From NCBI RefSeq assembly GCF_009914755.1, contig NC_060939.1: a stretch of 64,000 nucleotides of DNA; one strand, given 5' to 3'. Source of the DNA: the human T2T-CHM13v2.0 reference genome, Homo sapiens. Under the pieces are notes generated by a model that saw only the letters and a list, made by a program, of their open reading frames with translations, was not told the DNA's origin and did not search any database. Positions within the stretch are counted from its first letter, which is position 1; every line of letters starts with the position of its first letter. A program made the translations under genes and the position numbers. Of this stretch, positions 56,001 to 64,000 are shown in pieces.

Positions 56001-59000
56001 GAGTGCATTCCATTCCGTTCCATTTCTTTCCGTTCTGTACGATTCTTACCGTTCGATTTCATTTTGTTCCAGTCCATTCCTTTCGCGTCCATTCCATTCC
56101 ATTTCACTCCATTCGATTCCATTCCACTCGATTCCACTTCGTTCCATTTCATTGCATTCCATTCTATTCAACTCTATTGCCTTCCATTCCATTCCATTCG
56201 ATTACATTCCATGCGATTGCATTCGAAATCGAATCAATTACATTGCAATCCATTACTATTGAGTCCGTTTTATTCCAGTCCACTGCATTCTGGTCCATTC
56301 CATTTGATTCCATTCCATTCTATTCCATTCCATACAGTTGCATTCCTTTGGATTCCATGCTATATCTATAAATTCAATTCGAGACCATTGCTTTTGAGTC
56401 CATTCTATGTGATTCCATTCCATTCAAGTCCATTACATTTGGTTCAATTCCATTCCATTCCAGTTGATATCAATCCATTCGATTCCATTCCATTCGAGCA
56501 CATTCCATTCGAGTCCATTCCATTCGATGCCATTCCATTTGATTCTATGCCATTAGTCTCCATTCAATTCCATTAATCTCCATTCCATTCCATTCTACTC
56601 CAACTGATTCCATTCCATTATATTCCTTTCCAATCCATTTCATTCCATTCCATTCCATTTCATTCCATTCCATTCCATTCGTGTCCATTCCACTCCAGTC
56701 CATTCCATTCGTGTCCATTCCATTCCAGTCCATTCCATTTGTGTCCACTGCATTCCATTCCACTCCATTCCATATTATTCCATTACACTCCATTCCATTC
56801 TATTACTTTCATTTCCATTCAATTCCATTCCATTTGATTCCATTCCACTCGGTTTCATTCCATTTGAGTCCACTCCATTCCATTCCATTCCATTCCATTC
56901 AGTTCCATTCCATTCTGTTCCATTCCATTCCGTTCCATTACATTCCATTCCATTCGGTACCATTCCATATTGTTCCATTCGATTGCATTCGAATCCATTC
57001 CATTCCAGTCCATTCCATTCGATTCCATTCCATTCATTTCAATTCCATTCCATTCCATTCCATTACATTCCACTTGATTCCTCTCCATTCCCTTCCACTG
57101 CATTCCGTTCGATTCCATTCCATTGCATTGCATTCCATTCCATTGGATTGCATTCCATTCGATTCCATTCCATTCGAATCAATTACATAGCAATCCATTA
57201 CATTCGAGTCTATTCTATTCCGTTCCATTCGATTTCGTTCCAATCCATTCGATTCCATTCCATTCGATTCCATTCCATACTATTGCATTCCATTCGATTA
57301 CATTATATTCGAATAAGTTCCATTCAAGACCATTTCTTTTGAGTCCATTCTATTTGAGTCCATTCCCTTTGATTCCATAACATTTGAGTCCATTCCATTC
57401 CATTCCTTTCGTTTGCATTCCATTTGATGCCATTCCATTCAATTCTGTTCTACTCGACTCCAATACATTCAATTCCATTCCATCCGATTCCATTACATTC
57501 TTTTCATTTCTTATCCATTTCAAGCCATTCCACTCCATTCCATTCCACTCGTTTCCTTTCCATTCGAGTCCATTCCTCTCCAGTCCATTCCGTTCAATCC
57601 ATTCCATTCCAGTCCATTCCATTCGAGTCCGTTCCATTCCAGTCCTCTCTATTCGAGTCAATTCCATCCCATTCGATGTCTTTCCATAACGATCCATTCC
57701 ATTCTATTCCTTTCGATTCCATTCCATTCTACTTCATTCAATTCGATTCCCTTCCATTGGACTCCTTTCCATTCGAGTGCATTCCATTCCGTTCCATTTC
57801 TTTCCGTTCTGTACGATTCCTACCGTTCGATTTCATTTTGTTCCAGTCCATTCCTTTCGCGTCCATTCCATTCCATTTCACTCCATTCGATTCCATTCCA
57901 CTCGATTCCACTTCGTTCCATTTCATTGCATTCCATTCTATTCAACTCTATTGCCTTCCATTCCATTCCATTCGATTACATTCCATGCGATTCCGTTCGA
58001 AATCGAATCAATTACATTGCAATCCATTACTATTGAGTCCATTTTATTCCAGTCCACTGCATTCTGGTCCATTCCATTTGATTCCATTCCATTCTATTCC
58101 ATTCCATACAGTTGCATTCCATTGGATTCCATTCTATATCTATAAATTCAATTCGAGACCATTGCTTTTGAATCCATTCTGTATGATTCCATTCCATTCA
58201 AGTCCATTACATTTGGTTCAATTCCATTCCATTCCATTCCCTTCCATTCCATTCCAGTTGATATCAATCCATTCGATTCCATTCCATTCGAGCACATTCC
58301 ATTTGAGTCCATTCCATTGGATGCCATTCCATTTGATTCTATTCCATTAGTCTCCATTCAATTCCATTAATCTCCATTCCATTCCATTCTACTCCAACTG
58401 ATTCCATTCCATTCTATTCCTTTCCATTCCATTTCATTCAATTCCATTCCATTTCATTCCATTCCATTCCATTTCATTCTATTCAATTCCATTCGTGTCC
58501 ATTCCACTCCAGTCCATTCCATTCGTGTCCATTCCATTCCAGTCCATTCCATTTGTGTCCACTGCATTCCATTCCACTCCATTCCATATTATTCCATTAC
58601 ACTCCATTCCATTCTATTACTTTCATTTCCATTTAATTCCATTCCATTTGATTCCATTCCACTCGGTTTCATTCCATTTGAGTCCACTCCATTCCATTCC
58701 ATTCCATTCCATTCAGTTCCATTCCATTCTGTTCCATTACATTCTGTTCCATTGCATTCCATTCCATTCGGTACCATTCCATATTGTTCCATTCGATTCC
58801 ATTCGAATCCATTCCATTCCAGTCCATTCCATTCGATTCCATTCCATTCCTTTCAATTCCATTCCATTCCATTCCATTCCACTTGATTCCACTCCATTCC
58901 CTTCCACTGCATTCCATTCGATTCCATTCCATTGCATTGCATTCCATTCCATTGGACTACATTCCATTCGATTCCATTCCATTCGAATCAATGACATAGC

Positions 59001-60160
59001 AATCCATTACATTCGAGTCTATTCTATTCCGTTCCATTCGATTTCATTCCAATCCATTCGATTCCATTCCATTCGATTCCATTCCATACTATTGCATTCC
59101 ATTCTATTACATTATATTCGAATAAGTTCCATTCAAGACCATTTCTTTTGAGTCCATTCTATTTGAGTCCATTCCCTTTGATTCCATAACATTTGAGTCC
59201 ATTCAATTCCATTCCTTTCGTTTCCATTCCATTTGATGCCATTCCACTCAATTCTGTTCTACTCGACTCCAATACATTCAATTCCATTCCATCCGATTCC
59301 ATTACATTCTTTTCATTTCTTATCCATTTCAAGCCATTCCACTCCATTCCATTCCACTCGTTTCCTTTCCATTCGAGTCCATTCCTCTCCAGTCCATTCC
59401 GTTCAATCCATTCCATTCCAGTCCATTCCATTCGAGTCCGTTCCATTCCAGTCCATTCCATTCGAGTCAATTCCATTCCATTCGATGTCTTTCCATAACG
59501 ATCCATTCCATTCTATTCCTTTCGATTCCATTCCATTCTATTTCATTCCATTCGATTCCCTTCCATTGGACTCCTTTCCATTCGAGTGCATTCCATTCCG
59601 TTCCATTTCTTTCCGTTCTGTACGATTCTTACCGTTCGATTTCATTTTGTTCCAGTCCATTCCTTTCGCGTCCATTCCATTCCATTTCACTCCATTCGAT
59701 TCCATTCCACTCGATTCCACTTCGTTCCATTTCATTGCATTCCATTCTATTCAACTCTATTGCCTTCCATTCCATTCCATTCGATTACATTCCATGCGAT
59801 TGCATTCGAAATCGAATCAATTACATTGCAATCCATTACTATTGAGTCCGTTTTATTCCAGTCCACTGCATTCTGGTCCATTCCATTTGATTCCATTCCA
59901 TTCTATTCCATTCCATACAGTTGCATTCCTTTGGATTCCATGCTATATCTATAAATTCAATTCGAGACCATTGCTTTTGAGTCCATTCTATATGATTCCA
60001 TTCCATTCAAGTCCATTACATTTGGTTCAATTCCATGCCATTCCAGTTGATATCAATCCATTCGATTCCATTCCATTCGAGCACATTCCATTCGAGTCCA
60101 TTCCATTCGATGCCATTCCATTTGATTCTATGCCATTAGTCTCCATTCAATTCCATTAAT
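44090..60160 (+). repeat. Local higher-order repeat: 2-monomer unit of 3583 bp, ~4.5 copies
   Basis: ORF starts at 44163, 47746, 51329, 54912, 58495 and at 44901, 48484, 52067, 55650, 59233 each step by exactly 3583. A shared 20 bp deletion before AGTTGATATC and the markers GATTCTTACC, CGATTGCATT and CTATGCCATT occur every second monomer. Confidence 0.92.
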
Positions 60161-63100
60161 CTCCATTCCATTCCATTCTACTCCAACTGATTCCATTCCA
60201 TTCTATTCCTTTCCATTCCATTTCATTCCATTCCATTCCATTTCATTCCATTCCATTCCATTCCATTCCATTCGCTTCCATTCCATTCGTGTCCATTCCA
60301 CTCCAGTCCATTCCATTCGTGTCCATTCCATTCCAGTCCATTCCATTTGTGTCCACTGCATTCCATTCCACTCCATTCCATATTATTCCATTACACTCCC
60401 TTCCATACTATTACTTTCATTTCCATTCAATTCCATTCCATTTGATTCCATTCCACTCGGTTTCATTCCATTTGAGTCCACTCCATTCCATTCCATTCCA
60501 TTCCATTCAGTTCCATTCCATTCTGTTCCATTCCATTCCGTTCCATTACATTCCATTCCATTCGGTACCATTCCATATTGTTCCCTTCGATTCCATTCGA
60601 ATCCATTCCATTCCAGTCCATTCCATTCGATTCCATTCCATTCCTTTCAATTCCATTCCATTCCATTCCATTCCACTTGATTCCACTCCATTCCCTTCCA
60701 CTGCATTCCATTCGATTCCATTCCATTGCATTGCATTCCATTCCATTGGACTGCATTCCATTCGATTCCATTCCATTCGAATCAATTACATAGCAATCCA
60801 TTACATTCGAGTCTATTCTATTCCGTTCCATTCGATTTCGTTCCAATCCATTCGATTCCATTCCATTCGATTCCATTCCATACTATTGCATTCCATTCGA
60901 TTACATTATATTCGAATAAGTTCCATTCAAGACCATTTCTTTTGAGTCCATTCTATTTGAGTCCATTCCCTTTGATTCCATAACATTTGAGTCCATTCAA
61001 TTCCATTCCTTTCGTTCCCATTCCATTTGATGCCATTCCATTCAATTCTGTTCTACTCGACTCCAATACATTCAATTCCATTCCATCCGATTCCATTACA
61101 TTCTTTTCATTTCTTATCCATTTCAAGCCATTCCACTCCATTCCATTCCACTCGTTTCCTTTCCATTCGAGTCCATTCCTCTCCAGTCCATTCCGTTCAA
61201 TCCATTCCATTCCAGTCCATTCCATTCGAGTCCGTTCCATTCCAGTCCATTCCATTCGAGTCAATTCCATTCCATTCGATGTCTTTCCATAACGATCCAT
61301 TCCATTCTATTCCTTTCGATTCCATTCCATTCTATTTCATTCCATTCGATTCCCTTCCATTGGACTCCTTTCCATTCGAGTGCATTCCATTCCGTTCCAT
61401 TTCTTTCCGTTCTGTGCGATTCCTACCGTTTGATTTCATTTTGTTCCAGTCCATTCCTTTCGCGTCCATTCCATTCCATTTCACTCCATTCGATTCCATT
61501 CCACTCGATTCCACTTCGTTCCATTTCATTGCATTCCATTCTATTCAACTCTATTGCCTTCCATTCCATTCCATTCGATTACATTCCATGCGATTCCATT
61601 CGAAATCGAATCAATTACATTGCAATCCATTACTATTGAGTCCATTTTATTCCAGTCCACTGCATTCTGGTCCATTCCATTTGATTCCATTCCATTCTAT
61701 TCCATTCCATACAGTTGCATTCCATTGGATTCCATTCTATATCTATAAATTCAATTCGAGACCATTGCTTTTGAATCCATTCTATATGATTCCATTCCAT
61801 TCAAGTCCATTACATTTGGTTCAATTCCATTCCATTCCATTCCCTTCCATTCCATTCCAGTTGATATCAATCCATTCGATTCCATTCCATTCGAGCACAT
61901 TCCTTTCGAGTCCATTCCATTCGATGCCATTCCATTTGATTCTATTCCATTAGTCTCCATTCAATTCCATTAATCTCCATTCCATTCCATTCTACTCCAA
62001 CTGATTCCATTCCATTCTATTCCTTTCCATTCCATTTCATTCCATTCCATTCCGTTCCATTACATTCCATTCGCTTCCATTCCATTCGTGTCCATTCCAC
62101 TCCAGTCCATTCCATTCGTGTCCATTCCATTCCAGTCCATTCCATTTGTGTCCACTGCATTCCATTCCACTCCATTCCATATTATTCCATTACACTCCAT
62201 TCCATTCTATTACTTTCATTTCCATTCAATTCCGTTCCATTTGATTCCATTCCACTCGGTTTCATTCCATTTGAGTCCACTCCATTCCATTCCATTCCAT
62301 TCCATTCAGTTCCATTCCATTCTGTTCCATTCCATTCCGTTCCATTGCATTCCATTCCATTCGGTACCATTCCATATTGTTCCATTCGATTCCATTCGAA
62401 TCCATTCCATTCCAGTCCATTCCATTCGATTCCATTCCATTCCTTTCAATTCCATTCCATTCCATTCCATTCCACTTGATTCCACTCCATTCCCTTCCAC
62501 TGCATTCCATTCGATTCCATTCCATTGCATTGCATTCCATTCCATTGGACTGCATTCCATTCGATTCCATTCCATTCGAATCAATTACATAGCAATCCAT
62601 TACATTCGAGTCTATTCTATTCCGTTCCATTCGATTTCATTCCAATCCATTCGATTCCATTCCATACTATTGCATTCCATTCTATTACATTATATTCGAA
62701 TAAGATCCATTCAAGACCATTTCTTTTGAGTTCATTCTATTTGAGTCCATTCCCTTTGATTCCATAACATTTGAGTCCATTCAATTCCATTCCTTTCGTT
62801 TGCATTCCATTTGATGCCATTCCATTCAATTCTGTGCTACTCGACTCCAATACATTCAATTCCATTCCATCCGATTCCATTACATTCTTTTCATTTCTTA
62901 TCCATTTCAAGCCATTCCACTCCATTCCATTCCACTCGTTTCCTTTCCATTCGAGTCCATTCCTCTCCAGTCCATTCCGTTCAATCCATTCCATTCCAGT
63001 CCATTCCATTCGAGTCCGTTCCATTCCAGTCCATTCCATTCGAGTCAATTCCATTCCATTCGATGTCTTTCCATAACGATCCATTCCATTCTATTCCTTT

Positions 63101-64000
63101 GGATTCCATTCCATTCTATTTCATTCCATTCGATTCCCTTCCATTGGACTCCTTTCCATTCGAGTGCATTCCATTCCGTTCCATTTCTTTCCGTTCTGTA
63201 CGATTCCTACCGTTCGATTTCATTTTGTTCCAGTCCATTCCTTTCGCGTCCATTCCATTCCATTTCACTCCATTCGATTCCATTCCACTCGATTCCACTT
63301 CGTTCCATTTCATTGCATTCCATTCTATTCAACTCTATTGCCTTCCATTCCATTCCATTCGATTACATTCCATGCGATTCCATTCGAAATCGAATCAATT
63401 ACATTGCAATCCATTACTATTGAGTCCATTTTATTCCAGTCCACTGCATTCTGGTCCATTCCATTTGATTCCATTCCATTCTATTCCATTCCATACAGTT
63501 GCATTCCATTGGATTCCATTCTATATCTATAAATTCAATTCGAGACCATTGCTTTTGAATCCATTCCATAGGATTCCATTCCATTCAAGTCCATTACATT
63601 TGGTTCAATTCCATTCCATTCCATTCCCTTCCATTCCATTCCAGTTGATATCAATCCATTCGATTCCATTCCATTCGAGCACATTCCATTCCAGTCCATT
63701 CCATTCGATGCCATTCCATTTGATTCTATTCCATTAGTCTCCATTCAATTCCATTAATCTCCATTCCATTCCATTCTACTCCAACTGATTCCATTCCATT
63801 CTATTCCTTTCCATTCCATTTCATTCCATTCCATTCCGTTCCATTACATTCCATTCGCTTCCATTCCATTCGTGTCCATTCCACTCCAGTCCATTCCATT
63901 CGTGTCCATTCCATTCCAGTCCATTCCATTTGTGTCCACTGCATTCCATTCCACTCCATTCCATATTATTCCATTACACTCCATTCCATTCTATTACTTT

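Larger units (their letters stand above)
1..64000 (+). repeat. Satellite III (HSat3)-type (CATTC)n array of ~36 tandem ~1.8 kb monomers; probably D15Z1-like (chr15p 1.8 kb KpnI satellite)
   Basis: Continuous CATTC/ATTCC pentamers with degenerate variants (CATTCGATTC, GAGTC). Landmark words (ATGTCTTTCCATAACGATCC, GGTACC, TTGATATCAA, GAGCACA) recur every ~1.8 kb. Equivalent ORF starts fall at 1523, 3317, 5086, 6856, 8615 ... 61027, 62811. The satellite class is secure; the D15Z1/chr15 assignment is inferred from the period and the KpnI site only. Confidence 0.97.

Noticed and set aside
44090-60160. ~3.6 kb period suggesting Y-chromosome DYZ1
   Set aside because: The 3553, 3563 and 3583 bp periods are local dimers of highly similar 1.8 kb monomers, and there is no once-per-unit HaeIII site. 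The basic period is 1.8 kb.
1-63744. Hundreds of ORFs of 60-308 aa (FHSIP-rich on +, WNGME-rich on -)
   Set aside because: A pure 5 bp repeat has no stop codons and yields these pentapeptides in all frames. The ORFs overlap on both strands, show no recognisable domain and are freely broken by stops and frameshifts between copies. Poly-WNGME is known from the SCA31 TGGAA expansion, but nothing here indicates translation.
1-64000. CRISPR-like repeat/spacer array
   Set aside because: There are no unique spacers or cas genes; the intervening sequence is degenerate pentamer repeated in every monomer.
1-64000. HSat2 (Satellite II) classification because of CATTCGATTC words
   Set aside because: Long pure CATTC runs dominate and the repeated ATGATG-type HSat2 motif is not seen, so HSat3 fits better. 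A formal k-mer classification was not run.
1-64000. Embedded Alu/L1, inversion or unique-sequence island
   Set aside because: None seen. Monomer spacing leaves no room for an insertion, the 2574 bp interval is explained by a partial monomer, and no switch to GGAAT occurs on the + strand.

Overview
The whole 64 kb window is one uninterrupted, single-orientation array of classical pentameric satellite, (CATTC)n on + and (GGAAT)n on -, of the human/primate Satellite III (HSat3) type. It is built from about 36 tandem ~1.8 kb monomers (commonly 1794 bp, mostly 1759-1809 bp), each with one KpnI site (GGTACC). That organisation fits the 1.8 kb KpnI satellite III D15Z1 of chr15p, although the assignment needs an alignment. 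I found no credible genes, RNA genes, transposons or CRISPR arrays. All listed ORFs are translations of the pentamer (FHSIP/WNGME repeats), and I see no support for a new gene-encoded system. The informative content is the array architecture. The monomer is itself an old diverged dimer of ~0.85-0.95 kb halves and keeps a 5n-1 length. Local higher-order repeats are nested in the array: a 3553 bp dimer x2, a ~5.3 kb trimer x2, and a 3583 bp dimer x~4.5 built on an older A/B alternation. Rare variants recur about 11 monomers apart. Three deletions cluster at 27.5-31.4 kb, including a ~1 kb microhomology junction. Several breakpoints sit beside the monomer's TTGATATCAA palindrome and carry adjacent point changes. 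All coordinates and counts were read by eye.
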